From Batkoa obscura (Eukaryota): a stretch of DNA of 64,000 nt. The DNA lies in contig JASVEC010000014.1 of the NCBI GenBank assembly GCA_030770535.1, positions 372,001-436,000 on the forward strand, read 5' to 3'. Under the pieces are notes generated by a model. The model ran no database searches and was not told the origin of the DNA. It saw only the letters and a program-made list of their open reading frames with translations. Shown here one piece after another: positions 1-12,951 of this stretch (positions within the stretch are counted from its first letter, which is position 1; each line of letters begins with the position of its first letter). A program made the position numbers and the translations under genes.

Positions 1-45
1 TAATAATAATTGTTAATATTATATCATCAAACAATATAATTTCAC

Positions 46-2190
46 TTAAAATCGCCATTTCCTAAGAAAACAAACATTAATATTATTAAAATATCAACTA
101 ATGAATTTATTCGCTTACTTTAATTTTTTAGTAATTGAAGTTAAATCCAAATCCAAGAAAGTCTCAATAAATTTGCCAATATCAGTATTCTATAATATTA
201 TAATGAAAATAAGATAAAATAAAATAAAGGTAAAAATAAATTAATATCGATATTATAATACATAATAATAAAATTACCTCTTTACTCCCATGCAAGTGAT
301 GTGCACCTTTACCATAAGCATATAAATTTACATCCACACCAGTATGGCCATGAGTTGTCCACTAAAGTACAAAAAAATAAAAGAATAAGTATTAAATATC
401 AATTAATTTATCAACTTACCCCTAAATTAGCTCTTCTAGAAACTACATTACCAAGTTGAGCTTTTAAATCAAATAAAGTATTAGCATGGTTAATAGCTTC
501 AATTTCAACCTCAGTAGGATCGGAGATACCCATAGATTCCTGTAATATTTTATTTTCAATAAAATTAGCTTTATCTTTCCCAGTGAAATTCATGATTTCT
601 TCAGCTAGTTTTTCAGTTGATTTTTTTACCCTGGCAATAACTTCTGGATGCCTAAAATACAATTAATTACAATTTTATTAGTTAGAACAAAGTGAAAGAC
701 TTATTTCTTTACCATATGTATTCGGGATAAGCAGCAGTTAATTGACGACCTAAAGTGAAGCCACCAGTTTCATGATCACTTACCTAGAAATTCAAGATAA
801 GAATAATGATTGAATGTTTCTAACTTTTCAAATTTACTGAAATCATGACTGTATCTGAATTTTTAGCTACAAAATCTTTAACTACTTTTACTGTTTCATA
901 ATAAGCTAAAATATCATGAGCATGAGCAACGGGATCATTGCTAAATAGAAATATTCAATAAAAATAAAAATAAAAATGGATTTTTAATAGATTACTCATG
1001 AGCTGCCATATCGATTCTGGAACCTTCGATCATTAAAAAAAATCCATGAGTTTTTTTCTTAGTTAAATTATTTAATATTTGTATAGTTTTTTTGGCCATT
1101 TCTTTTAAAGCAGGTTGTTGTGAACTATCTCGGTCAATTTCATAATCCATATGCTAAAATAAATAATAAACAACAATAAATAATAAATAATAAATAATAA
1201 ATGGTTGAATTATTAATATTTACCCCATTAGCAAACAAACCCGCCAATGGAAGCTTTACATTATTATCATCAATTTCTTCAAACTCCTTTTTTTCAAATA
1301 CGAAATTCCAACCTAATTCATTTCCTTTTTTAATTAAATCTAAATTATCCGATCTACAAGAACCTGTAGTATTTCTATCCAAAAATTCACATTTACCACC
1401 ACCAAACATAATATCTACATTTCTACCTAATGGATATAATCCAATTTGTTGTTCTGCTATTTTATTTTCCATATCCCTAGAGATAACATGGGCTGAGAAA
1501 GAAGCAGGTGTAGCATGTGTAATTCTTGAAGTGGCTACTAAACCAGTTAAAAAACCTCTTTTTTTAGCTGCTTCTAAAACAGTACCGCATGGACGTTGGT
1601 GTTGATCAACTATAAAAATATGCATAATGAGTTAAACTTAATATAAAATACTTTTATTGACATTTTTACAATAAAATTTAAAACTTACCTCCAATAGCAC
1701 CATTATAACTTTTTAAACCACAAGAAAAAGCGGTAGCTCCAGCAGCTGAATCTGTAATTACACTGGATGAAGAACGTGTTCTTGATTGTCCAATTAAAAT
1801 TTGATCCAATGGGGTGATAGATGAATAAGTATTATTATGTACAAACTGATGAAACGTTCGTCCATAAGTTTCACTGGCTGGTCCAAAACCATCTGATATC
1901 ATGATAATTACATTACGCTTGTTACCTAAAAAGAGAATTACAATTAATAAAAAATGAAAGAGATTTAACGAATTACCATAGTGTGGGGAATAGGACACTA
2001 CAATTCCTATACCAATGATAAACACTAAGATTAAACCTACACAATAGCTCATGTATTTTTTATGATTGGACTGAAATTAAGATTAGCTAATATTTTTTAA
2101 TAATGAATTACTTAAAATTACTGGTTTTATTTGATTATTATTAATAAGGCTAATCCCTTCCGTATTATTATTGTTGCTTTCTAAATCCAT
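46..2190 (-). CDS. PHO8: Vacuolar-type alkaline phosphatase (type II membrane), ~10 exons
   Basis: Spliced exons give NVIIMISDGFG, TDSAAGATA, TSRITHATPASF, IEGSRIDMAAH, SDHETGG and WTTHGHTGVDV. N-terminal TM helix. ATG at 2190; last micro-exon ends KWRF*TAA (48-46). Confidence 0.92.
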
Positions 2191-2651
2191 TGTTAGATAA
2201 ATAAAACTAATTTTTATAAAAAGTATTAAGTTTTATTTTTATTATTTATTTTCTGTTATAATGTTGATTAGTTTATTTGAATCATTTGTTGACGTTGAAT
2301 TTCTAAATTTAATTAATTGAGGATAAACTAGGTAAGTCGTGATCTAAGGAGGGTTTTATGGCATAATTTAGGTTTGAATAACTAAGTTTAAGTATTAAAA
2401 TTGAATGAAAAATTAATTATTAAAATTTTGTTATTATTACTAGATTAATCACATCGTTGTTGGAAAATGTAAAATACATTTTTTTCAAATTACGGCTAAT
2501 ATAAACTTCTGCCATACAACTACTAACTTCAACTAATAAAATCAACCTTAACAAGGCATCAAATTTATTTAATTAGTTGAAGCTCTTTTGACATGACTTA
2601 AAATTTGCCAAATATTAAAAATTATTCACTTTTCACATTAAAGTGGCATAT

Positions 2652-2749
2652 GAGAATGTTTTTTTTGGTTTCATCACTTTTTCCATTTTTAAGCACTATT
2701 TGAGCGGAAAGATTATTAGTAAAATTCTTAAATACAAAAATACACTCCC
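2652..2749 (-). mobile_element. ~100-bp MITE family A, copy 1
   Basis: Reverse copy of consensus GGGGATGTATTTTTGT..TTAAGAATTTTACT..TTCCACTCAAATAGCGCTTAAAAAATGGAAAAA..ATGAAAC..AAAAAAACATCCCC; flanked ATAT/ATAT. Confidence 0.85.
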
Positions 2750-2874
2750 ATATTGTAAAATTCAATAATTGTTACAATTAATATGTTATTTAATTTGAAG
2801 ATTACTAATAAAGATAAAAATTTAGATATGATATATTTGTTTTTATTTATTTACTTAATATTTATTCTATTTAT

Positions 2875-3403
2875 TTAATAATTTAAGTCATTAGTTTTAT
2901 GATTAATTGGTGTATCGGTTGCACTAAGCCCTAGCCAAGTAAATAATAATTTAACTTTAGCATCTAATTGAGCTTCAATTTTTTGATAATCAAATTCATG
3001 ATCATTAATAATAGGTACTGTATCTATTAATTTTAGTATACTATTTATATTTTTAATTATTCTAAATAGACAAATAAATAAAAATAGATAGTAAATAGAA
3101 ATGAAAGTTTTACCTCTCATTCATAGTTTCATTTAACTTTTGATTTTCATTAAGATAACATATAGTTTTACATATAGATTGAATAAACCCTATTTTTTTA
3201 CCAAATTCATACCCTTTTTCTAAACCATGTAATCGTCCTTGTAATTTTCCAATATCTTCTCCTTCAATTTCTCCCGTTTTTACACCTTCAATAAAATATC
3301 TAATTTATTAATTAGAGCTTAGTTAATATTAAAAAGAAGAGACATTTATTGCAACTTACTTTTGTTCAATAAATAAAATCTCATCTAAAGTGGAATCTAA
3401 CAT
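2875..3403 (-). CDS. LTO1: LTO1/ORAOV1-like (Yae1_N family) Fe-S maturation adaptor, 3 exons
   Basis: Spliced MLDSTLDEILFIEQKYFIEGVKTGEIEGEDIGKLQGRLHGLEKGYEFGKKIGF (GxxxG ladder) ... LIDTVPIIND...LDAKVKLL. Confidence 0.72.
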
Positions 3404-3768
3404 GTTTTAAAAAAAATAAAAGTTATTAAAAAAGTTGTTTTTTAGCTCAAGTTCCTTTTTTTACAATAATTTGAAAATCAAATTTGCTTCATTTTTATTT
3501 GAAGATTACAATTGATATGATGAAATTTAAGAATTTATTACTAATTGTTAGGATATTATAAAATTATTAATCTTTTATGTTCATTTAAAAGCTTGACTCA
3601 TGTAATAAATATATAGTCATCATTATACTGTCATTAAGTTAATTTCTATTTATTATCTAAAAAAAACTAGACCTCTATCGAATAATCCTTCTATCAAGAT
3701 AACTATTAAATCATTAAAGTCATAAAAAAAGGGTATAAAGCATGTTTATTTAAAACAAATATTTATTC

Positions 3769-4450
3769 TTATTCAAATGTAGCAGTCGTAGGTCTCACTT
3801 GTTCAACTAAACAAACAATCATTCTAAATAAAAAAAGAAGCTAATTAATATCCATAATAATAATAGCTAGTAAAACCTTGTTACTTACCTATAAAGATAC
3901 CAAAATAAACAAAGTAAATAAAAACCTAATCGAAAACCCCAATCCCATTTATGTTTTGGTAAACTACGAAATATTTCTGTGGCATCTAAACGAAGCTTTT
4001 TTTGATAGATACTAATATAAAAGACGTGTTAATTTAATGCTTAAAATCTTTTATAAAGTATGAGATATGCATAGTTGCTTACTTTGATAAATTAAATAGA
4101 AACAATGGTAGATTGAATAATAGACTATAATACATCCCTGAGAATAACAAGATGATGACAATTAACCCATGCGTTATATGTTCAGGCATTATATACTGAA
4201 GTTCAATATTAACACTAATAATATAAAGTTTATCTATTTTTTAGTTACCTTATTCAATTTATTACATAGGTCTACAGGGTTAATATAATCGGATTCAAGA
4301 TCCGTTAACATGATTAACTAATAAATCCAGCATTTAAAAAAATTTCAATTACTAAATTACAAAAAAAAGACTTACGAAAAATATCGAAAACAAGATTAAA
4401 ACGACAGCAAGTATTAAACATAATAAAAAACAGACCACTGAGCCGTTCAT
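3769..4450 (-). CDS. ERV14: Cornichon family ER-cargo receptor, ~5 exons
   Basis: Spliced [47 protein letters not shown], the cornichon signature; LDATEIF in a later exon. Missed by the ORF track. Confidence 0.88.
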
Positions 4451-4840
4451 CTTTTTTATACCTTTTTAGAATTTTAAAAAAAATGCTGATTTGAATTTTG
4501 ATATTGTTTTTACTTGTAACTTTTGAAAGTTTTTATTGGATAGTAGATGAATTTGCTGCTTTTTTTCAAGTTTAGAGTTATATAACATCTAAGTCTTAAC
4601 ATTAAGTTAATAGTAGCTAAAATTGAATTCTGAGTTGAGTTGATGATTTGATATTTATAACTAGAATATTGTTTACATATAGTAAATCATTTAATTGTAG
4701 TATTCTAATATTTAAACTAATAACTTGTTTTAGTGCATCATATTTAAAAAGATGTTAGTTGTAAAAACTTATAAAAATAATAAGTAAGCTTATTAATAGT
4801 TTAATAAATTACACTCTTTTACTTTTAATTATACCCATAT

Positions 4841-4940
4841 GGGGATGTATTTTTGTGTTTAAGAATTTTACTAACAAATTTTCCGCCTTAAATAGTAGTT
4901 AAAAAATGGAAAAAATAATGAAGTAAAAAAAAACATTCCC
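4841..4940 (+). mobile_element. MITE family A, copy 2
   Basis: GGGGATGT...ACATTCCC; ATAT/ATAT flanks. Confidence 0.85.
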
Positions 4941-5123
4941 ATATTATTAATATGAATTGTTTTATCCAATATAAATAGATAGTTATTAAAACTTAAATAT
5001 TTCATATTATATAGATTATTTATATTATTTATACATAATAAGACTTATTAAAATGTTTTGATTATAAAAATATGTAAGTAATTTTAAAAATAATTTTATT
5101 TATACAATTAGCAAAATAAACAT

Positions 5124-5222
5124 GGGGATGTATTTTTGTGTTTAAGAATTTTACTAATAATTTTTCTACTCAAATAGCGCTTAAAAAATAGAAAAAGTGA
5201 TGAAACCAAAAAAAACATCCCC
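5124..5222 (+). mobile_element. MITE family A, copy 3
   Basis: GGGGATGT...ACATCCCC; flanks ACAT/AAAT. Confidence 0.85.
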
Positions 5223-5419
5223 AAATAGTAAATAATAGATCAAATGATAATAAGATTATTTTATTATCAGCTTTAACTTTTTTAAATATTATTAATATTT
5301 TTATAGAATATTGGTTTATTAGCTTTATAGTTAATTACAGTATAACAATTGTTTTAACTACTAAGTACAAAGTATTGCTTTATCAGTTTTACAACTAATT
5401 TAATTATAATCCATATGGT

Positions 5420-5518
5420 GGGGGATGTGTTTTGTATTTATGAATTTTATTGTCGATTTTTCCACTCAAATAGCATTTAAAAGATGGAAAAAGTGACGAA
5501 GCCAAAAAAAATAGCCCC
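5420..5518 (+). mobile_element. MITE family A, copy 4
   Basis: GGGGGATGT...TAGCCCC; same internal core. Confidence 0.82.
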
Positions 5519-5560
5519 ATATAGTAAATTTAACTAACTTAAATAATTTTGATTAAAAAA

Positions 5561-5660
5561 GGGGGATGTATTTTTGTATTTAGGAATTTTATTAATAAAT
5601 TTTCCACTCAAATAGCGCTTAAAAAATGGAAAAAGTAATGAAGTCAAAAAAAACACTCCC
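5561..5660 (+). mobile_element. MITE family A, copy 5
   Basis: GGGGGATGT...ACACTCCC; same core, 42 bp after copy 4. Confidence 0.85.
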
Positions 5661-5941
5661 AAGATTGTATTTTTAAATTTAAGTATAATTAGTTTGAAAT
5701 TTTATAGCAAATCTAAAAAAGTTTTATTACTTGGTTGCACTAAATGTCATCCTTATATTTTAATGTTTATAATTAGTAACTATAACAAAAAATTATTATT
5801 ATTATTATGTTTTTTATATACAGTCATCTAATTAAAATATGAAAAAGATTTTTTAACATGGTAGCTTAAAGTTTTTTAAACTATTACCTGATATTATATT
5901 ATTTAATGAAGGCGATTAACTTTTGTAATAACGCTTTCATT

Positions 5942-6368
5942 TTATTTGTTTTACACATTCTATAACATATTATGTGCTATTTTTCATAATTCAAGTCTAT
6001 CTTAATTACATAAATCAAGACCTCTTGACTTATGAGTAGTCAAGTAAAAACTGCTTTTAAGTCCAATTACTAAATATTAACTTCTATATAGGCCTTAAAT
6101 TTTAAAGTCATTTTTTATTACTTAAAAGCTAACATGGTTATTATAGTAATACTGTTATTTAGTTTTTTATAATATATACGTATATATTTTATATTTTCAA
6201 AAGCTATTTTTTACTATTGTTTCTTTACAATTATGTTTTTAATTATTGAAAGTGCAAAATCTAGTACTTAATGGTTGGAGTCAAAAGGTCTTGGTTTATG
6301 TAAATAAGATAAACTTGAATTATGGAGAATGGCACATAATATGGTATGGGCTATGTAAGACAAATATA
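5942..6368. repeat. Long inverted repeat (~90-bp arms, ~250-bp spacer), possible foldback/MITE
   Basis: 5942-6030 reverse-complements to 6279-6368 at roughly 80% identity (agtcaagaggtcttgatttatgtaattaagatagacttgaattatg vs agtcaaaaggtcttggtttatgtaaataagataaacttgaattatg). Confidence 0.75.
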
Positions 6369-7676
6369 GTAGACAATACTACTGTAAAATCCACATAAAA
6401 TACTACCAGAAAGATTTACTAGCTTTATTGAAGGTACGGTATTAGTGAACAATTTAGTTAAAAAGTCTCGAGTTATTATGTTCTAAAATCTCTTTTGTAT
6501 TCCAACAAGTATGGATATCAAAACGGGGAGACAATGTCTTTCTGAATTACCTGGCATAAATTCTCATAGCAAACTAAAATAAAAGGTTCGAATTGATTCT
6601 GCCTGAACTCAAGAACATGACAACTTAAGTGATTTTTATGTTATAATCAATCTAAAACTGGTAAAGTGATATTTCACAAACGTATAATAAATAAAATAAA
6701 ACAGACTATAAGTCATATATATTGAATAAACAAATATTACAATAATTAACTATAATTATAAAAAAGCTTTTAATTTAGTTAAAAATATTAAAAAATAAGA
6801 ATTTATGACTATATATAATAATCAATACTAAAGAATTTTTTTAATTTTTTAATTATAGAACTGTAAATTATAAAATATAATAAAAATAACAAACATAGAT
6901 AACATTTTATTGATACTTGGTTTTATAGCAAAATGCCTGATTTGGTTAAGTTTGGTCATAGCTGATATAGTTGCTAAAATTAATATATTAACAATAAATG
7001 TTTAACATTTAAAAGTTATATGATATTTTAAAAAAAAGATAAAAACAAATAGAAATAACAAATAATTAATCAGCTTAAGATATATTTGTTAAAAGTTCAA
7101 GCAAATAGCTAATAATTAAACAATCAAAGTGCTAAAACTATTTATAAATAAGCTAAAACAATATGTATAGATAGTAAAACTAACATAATGAAGGTATTAT
7201 TGAAAAACTAATCTTTAGTCTCGTTTTGTTATTATAGTACATTTAACATTGATACAAATGCTGTGAGGACTAATATTTTTGGTATCTATATATTTGTAGC
7301 GGCGCTCATAATATGATTTTAATTAAAATGCTGGTATTTATCAAAACTAAGTGGTAGAGAAATGAAAATACTAATATATATAGCTTTACAAGTTATAACA
7401 CAATGTTATATTTTAATAGAAGGCATCTGTTTATATATAATGATTAAAACAGGGCTGGATGATTGAGATTAATATAATTATCCTATAGCAATAGCTATTA
7501 GCTTTTTTAGACAAAACTATTTTCACTACATTTCACAAAATTTGATTTAATAAACTTCCTAATTTTATTTATGATTTGCTATCAATGTTTTCCCAAAATA
7601 ATTAAAATTAGTCAAGTGCTTAATTCAATAAATTTTTGAATATTTGGCTGAATGTACTTATGCAAACAAACATAAA

Positions 7677-7776
7677 GGAGATGTATTTTTGTATTTAAGA
7701 ATTTTCCTAAGAATTTTTCCGTTTAAATAGTGCTTAAAATGGAAAAAATAATGAAACCAAAAAAACATATTTCCCC
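7677..7776 (+). mobile_element. MITE family A, copy 6
   Basis: GGAGATGTATTTTTGT...TTCCCC; same core. Confidence 0.82.
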
Positions 7777-9185
7777 ATAATTTAGATTACACATTAGAAA
7801 TCAAAATGCTAGAAGTGGTTTTTATTTTTATTTATAATTTTGTTATAGAAAATATATTTATTTGAAACTAACAACTAGTGTTTATTAGCAAAGTAATTGC
7901 TCAAAAATAGGTAAATGAAGCAGACTAAAGCTTTCTAATAAACTCAATTAGTAGAAAATAAAATGGATAAAATTGTTTATTGTTAAAAGGAAATACAATA
8001 ATAGTAATCAGTAATTTGTGCTAAAAGCTATTTTCTATAAAGTTGAATTCTATAATCCATATATAGTTAAGCACTTTAAAAGTATTCATTTAAGCAATAC
8101 TAGTTTTCCAAGTCATGTTATTTCTTCACTTTCAGGCTATACATCCATCTCTAAATTTTTTGTTTTATTATTAAGTATGACTTTTAATGATAGGATAATA
8201 GAAGAATAAAAGTTGAGGGAAAAGTAAACAAATTTAATAAACCAGCTAATTCACATGATCAAAGCAATATTCTTATAAATCCTCCAAAATGCCCACTATT
8301 GTGATGAACTCAAACTGATCATACCAATTATATTAACTTCTCATCAACCATATTATATATTCACAGATAATGCTAAAACCCATAAGTCTCACACGTGTCT
8401 TACAGAATTACGATTATGCTTATTAACTCTAATAAAATCTTAAAGTATTAATTATCATTTTTTGAAGGTGAGTTTAAAAATACTTTAAGATCCCAAAGCT
8501 TTTATGTTTGATTCTTAGAATAGTAATTATATTATCAAATTTGCTTTTTTTAAGAATTTTGAACCTGTCAACTTCATTGGTATAGTGTTTTTGTTTTATT
8601 TTTAGATTTACTTACGGTTGTTGCAACTTCATTGGGACCTATTTTGTGGTAATATATAGAGCCAGTTATTTGATTGTTTGGTCTTTAAAAAATAATCTTT
8701 AGATGTTAGTATGATTTTAGAAAAATCATATTCTTAAATCAATAACTAACAGACCATAATAGAGTTGCAGCAACTCCAACTACTTCGGAGTATGGATCTG
8801 TTTAAATTTTCAATGTTTCAGAGGCATAGTTGCTCTTAATAGGTTTTTAAAATATAATAGTATCACAATATAAAAATCTAGCCCTTTGTTGCTTAAAAAT
8901 CTATATAGAATAAAGAAAGTAATAAATAGATACTGAGCATATCATGGTAGAAGTATAGTAATTTTTAATAATATTGCAAAATAATTGAATTGCTACTTTT
9001 ATAATTATTATGCTTTTAAATGTAAATAAAACTATGGATATTTAATATTATGCGACATTGTGTTATTTAACTACAGAATATTTACTATATGAATGTTAAA
9101 TTTATCTGCTTAAGTTATATACAGAGCGTTATGATTTTGTCTATAAATTAATAATTTGAAGAATTAAATCTATATTTGAGATATT

Positions 9186-9270
9186 AGAGATATTTTTTGT
9201 TTAAGAATTTAACAATCTTTCCACTCAAATAGCGCTAAAAAATCGGAAAAGTAATGAAGCCTACATCACA
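9186..9270 (+). mobile_element. MITE family A, copy 7 (degenerate, partly deleted)
   Basis: Core TTTCCACTCAAATAGCGCTAAAAAATCGGAAAAGTAATGAAG retained; TIRs eroded. Confidence 0.7.
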
Positions 9271-9953
9271 ATATATTTAATTTTTAAAATAACTCAATTT
9301 TTTTAATAATAAATTACTACTAATAAAAGTTAATATACATTGACTATACTAAAAACTTTAGAAGTATAATAAAGTTAAATATAGGGTGCAATATAAATTG
9401 ACCGAGGTAACCAAATATATTTATATTATACATGGATAGCTAACCGATTACTCAAACTTCAATTTTTTTAAAAAAATAGTCGTGGTAATAATAAATTTGA
9501 GTTTTAAAACAATCCCTAAAAATAGGCAACTAAAGAAGATACAATTAATAAACGGAATAAAAATAAACATTAAAAATGAAATTAATAAAAACTACCAGTA
9601 TCCATTGTAAATGAAAACTATACCAAATAACTACAACAAAGCTGCCCAAATAAAGTAACTTTTAAATTAAAACTTTGAGCGGCGTACAAAATAATTAACG
9701 TGAACCAATTAAAATTGTATAGTAAGTAAGTGGATGAAGTAATGGTTCCTTGGGTCATCTTTGAATAATATGAATATTTGGGTTATTTTTAAATTAGCTA
9801 GTAAAAATTGATTATATGAATAACATTATCATTATGCTTTAGTTAATGTTTGATAACTAAGAATATGTGGCTATACAGTAAATATATATAAAAGAAAAAG
9901 GTAAAGTGAAAAATTGAAGGATTTGTTAAATCTCTCTACTAAAATTAGAATAG

Positions 9954-9990
9954 TATAATAATATAATAATATAATAATATAATAATATAA
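9954..9990 (+). repeat. (TATAATAA)n tandem repeat just upstream of the tyrosinase ATG
   Basis: About 4.5 perfect 8-bp units ending 5 nt before ATG 9996. Confidence 0.7.
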
Positions 9991-9995
9991 CAATA

Positions 9996-11165
9996 ATGAA
10001 ATTGAACGTGTATTTATTCAGTTTATTGGGATTGAGCAATTTAATAAGCAGCCAAGACTTACCATTTTGTAAGACAGAGAATATGAGAATTCGTAAGAAT
10101 ATCAAAAATTTAAGTGATGCCCAATTAAATCGTTATTTTAATGCTGTAAAACAATTAAACAGTGGCCCAAAGCCAACAAAATGGAATGCGTTTGCTAAGA
10201 TGCATGTTGATTTCTATCCACAAGTCCATATGAAGCCACTCTTTCTAGTATGGCATCGTTACTTTTTATATTTTATTGAGAAAGAATTACAAAAGATTGA
10301 TCCTTCCGTTACTATTCCATATTGGGATTGGACCGCTGAAGCTAGCAATCCAAATGCTGATCCTATTTATAGTGATAAGTACTTTGGTAGAGTGAATGGC
10401 AATAGTGGTTGTGTTGATAGTGGCCCTTTTAGAGACTTTACAGCTTATTATTGGCATGACGGAAGTGGAAGCACACATTGTTTAAGACGTAAAAAAGTAT
10501 TTGACGAAGAAGTAACAGATGATCGTAAAATGGATACTTTGTATTTAAACGATACGCCTATCAATAGATTTGCTGGAAATATTGAAGGTGTACCACATGG
10601 TCGTATTCATAATGGTATTGGTGGTGAATTTTCTGGCCATGCTTCCCCAGAAGACCCACTATTTTACTCTCATCATGCTTTTATTGACAAGTTATGGTTT
10701 GATTGGCAAATGCGTCATCCTGAGCAAATGGATCAATATCATGTAAATCGTCGTAACCCAGTTGCTCCTTGGGGGTTTCCAATTCTTCAAGCGATTGATA
10801 CTTCCGATCGTATGTGTTATGCTTATAAAGAAGAGCATTTCCCATGGACTCCAACTACTACAATGTCACGCTCAATGATGGTACCAGAGTTTACAGTTGA
10901 ACCATATACTGTAACAAAGAATGTAACAACAGTTGAACAGCTTTTAGAACATGACTTGAACTTCGTTACTAAAAATAATGAACTTACCGATTTAGAAACT
11001 AATTCCAAGATTGATATTAATAACCCACCAGTCAAAATATTAGATGTTGAATTTTTACTTAAAATGAAATTCAATTACACAAATGTTAGACAAAATGAAT
11101 TACGTGAATTAGAAGCTGATCAATTTTTAAATGCTGTCAATGCTCCTGCTCCTACTGTTAAATAA
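9996..11165 (+). CDS. Secreted tyrosinase (type-3 di-copper), intronless
   Basis: Signal peptide; RIRKNI motif; CuA His (MH..VH..FLVWHR); IPYWDW; CuB His (PHGRIH...DPLFYSHHAFIDKLW). Confidence 0.92.
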   Translation: MKLNVYLFSLLGLSNLISSQDLPFCKTENMRIRKNIKNLSDAQLNRYFNAVKQLNSGPKPTKWNAFAKMHVDFYPQVHMKPLFLVWHRYFLYFIEKELQKIDPSVTIPYWDWTAEASNPNADPIYSDKYFGRVNGNSGCVDSGPFRDFTAYYWHDGSGSTHCLRRKKVFDEEVTDDRKMDTLYLNDTPINRFAGNIEGVPHGRIHNGIGGEFSGHASPEDPLFYSHHAFIDKLWFDWQMRHPEQMDQYHVNRRNPVAPWGFPILQAIDTSDRMCYAYKEEHFPWTPTTTMSRSMMVPEFTVEPYTVTKNVTTVEQLLEHDLNFVTKNNELTDLETNSKIDINNPPVKILDVEFLLKMKFNYTNVRQNELRELEADQFLNAVNAPAPTVK

Positions 11166-11389
11166 ATAATAATATAGCCACTTGCTATTTTGGTAGTAAA
11201 TCTCATAAAATATTATTTAATTTCAAATTTTATTTATTTTTTAAATTATTTTAAAATATAGGCTAAAATTTTAAACCTAAATAGCAACCTGTGTTGTAAA
11301 ATAAAATAGAAGTATAATTATTTATTAAAAGGATATAGGAAGATAAATCCAGTTCAAATTTAATAAATAACGAAATTATTTTATTATAA

Positions 11390-12700
11390 TTAAAGTGAAG
11401 TAGAATGCTTCAAGTCACTATCAAAGTATTTGGTAATGATAGAAGTGAGTGAAGTACTCTGCTCAGCTATTAATGACCTTTCATAATATATTTCGTTGGC
11501 CATATTATTATTATCTCTGTTTATCATTATATCAAAGTCTACATTTTCTATGTTGTCATTATTGGCATTATGAGTTGGTATGGTTTGTCGCGTCAATGGT
11601 AATGTTTCTGATCCTATTATGTTGCTTATAATTGAATTGTTATGATCAGCATTTTCACTAGTATCTAAATCATCATTATTTGTCAAAACAGTGTTATTAT
11701 TATAGTCATTATTGACCAAAGGCAATAACTCTATTCGTTTAAAATTTTTATTAAATTCTCGGTGATAGTAAAATATTTTTAAGCCAAGCCAAACAAAAGC
11801 CAATAGCAAAAGGAGTAATAAAATAGAAAATACAGAAATCAAAAAATAGTTAGTACTTATAAATTCACTTTTCAAAACGCTAAAAGATATCTCATCAATC
11901 ACATTATAATTATCGTCCAATATTAATATATCGTTGTTAATTGACACTGGGATTCCATCAAGGAAGGGATATTCTCTTTTATTCCATTTTTTATCTAGTA
12001 TATTTAAATCATAAATAAAATCATCATCTAACATGATATAATTTTCATAATTTGTATTTGTATCATTTAGCAAAAATAACTCAGGATAATAACTAGTTGG
12101 AGGTAAATATGAGTTTGAAATAGGAGTTGGTGTCCAATACAGGCTTTTTAGGTTTAAAGAATAACTTTGATTTAATGGACGTAGCTGATTTTTCTCATCT
12201 AATCCGCCTAATACTATCATCTCATTATCATTGCAAACTGTAGTATGATAAGCTGATTTAAGATTACTATTTGTTTTTTTAACTTTGCTTCTATCCTTCT
12301 TGTTGATAACAAAAATATCAGAGGTTACTTGATTATCCTTGTTTATACCACCAAATAATATTATATTATCCAAATAAGGACATATCCCAAATCCCAATCT
12401 TTTATCTATCTTACTTAACTTCTTTCCTTCAAATTTCCCTTTATCTTGATCCCAAGAATATCCATAAAGTATGTTATGCTTCTCCTTTATACTATAAAAT
12501 TGAAGTGTCTCACCCTCTTGAAAATAACTATTTGGTAAAATTATAGGTAAATCATCAATTTTTTTAACTACTTTTTCAATGTTTGTGCTATTAGCAGTTA
12601 TTAAAACAACCTCCTTATCTTCATTGTTAATGAGCATTAGCTTTTCTTTTAGTTTTACTCTAACTTTCTTGCTTGTTATTTCACTACTTATGTTGTCCAT
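11390..12700 (-). CDS. Kelch-repeat single-pass membrane protein
   Basis: IILFGG and MIVLGG kelch motifs, HTTV, hydrophobic FLISVFSILLLLLLLAFVWLGL segment, low-complexity tail. Confidence 0.6.
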   Translation of the reverse strand: MDNISSEITSKKVRVKLKEKLMLINNEDKEVVLITANSTNIEKVVKKIDDLPIILPNSYFQEGETLQFYSIKEKHNILYGYSWDQDKGKFEGKKLSKIDKRLGFGICPYLDNIILFGGINKDNQVTSDIFVINKKDRSKVKKTNSNLKSAYHTTVCNDNEMIVLGGLDEKNQLRPLNQSYSLNLKSLYWTPTPISNSYLPPTSYYPELFLLNDTNTNYENYIMLDDDFIYDLNILDKKWNKREYPFLDGIPVSINNDILILDDNYNVIDEISFSVLKSEFISTNYFLISVFSILLLLLLLAFVWLGLKIFYYHREFNKNFKRIELLPLVNNDYNNNTVLTNNDDLDTSENADHNNSIISNIIGSETLPLTRQTIPTHNANNDNIENVDFDIMINRDNNNMANEIYYERSLIAEQSTSLTSIITKYFDSDLKHSTSL

Positions 12701-12951
12701 TTGAAATCAAAAAAGAAAAAGTAAAAATGTTGAGTTTTTAATTAATTTGATTTTTGATTTAATATATTACAAGTCATATTTTTTATAAAAAGTAATTTTA
12801 CTAAATTATAAAAATCCTTAAGCAAAGGGATAACATCAAGTGAATTAAAACTATAGTGGTAAAAACTAATGAAATTTTGAAATAACAAAAATGTACAATG
12901 CCAAAAATAATGTATTTAAACTTTTATTAGTAAAATATTTTTAACTTATCA

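Noticed and set aside
5195..5210. GTGATGAAAC in MITE A resembling a hammerhead core or C box
   Set aside because: Lacks CUGAUGA-stemII-GAAA geometry or a D-box partner, and is not conserved among copies (often ATAATGAAG).
4841..5660. Four similar repeats with unique spacers, superficially CRISPR-like
   Set aside because: Eukaryotic context, ~100-bp units with TIRs and TSDs, irregular spacing, dispersed copies in both orientations and no cas genes.
7270..8330. Short motifs resembling transposase or integrase (CSGAHNMIL at ~7295 +; HHNSGHFG at ~8300 -)
   Set aside because: Too short and surrounded by stops to support hAT or LTR-integrase calls without a database search.
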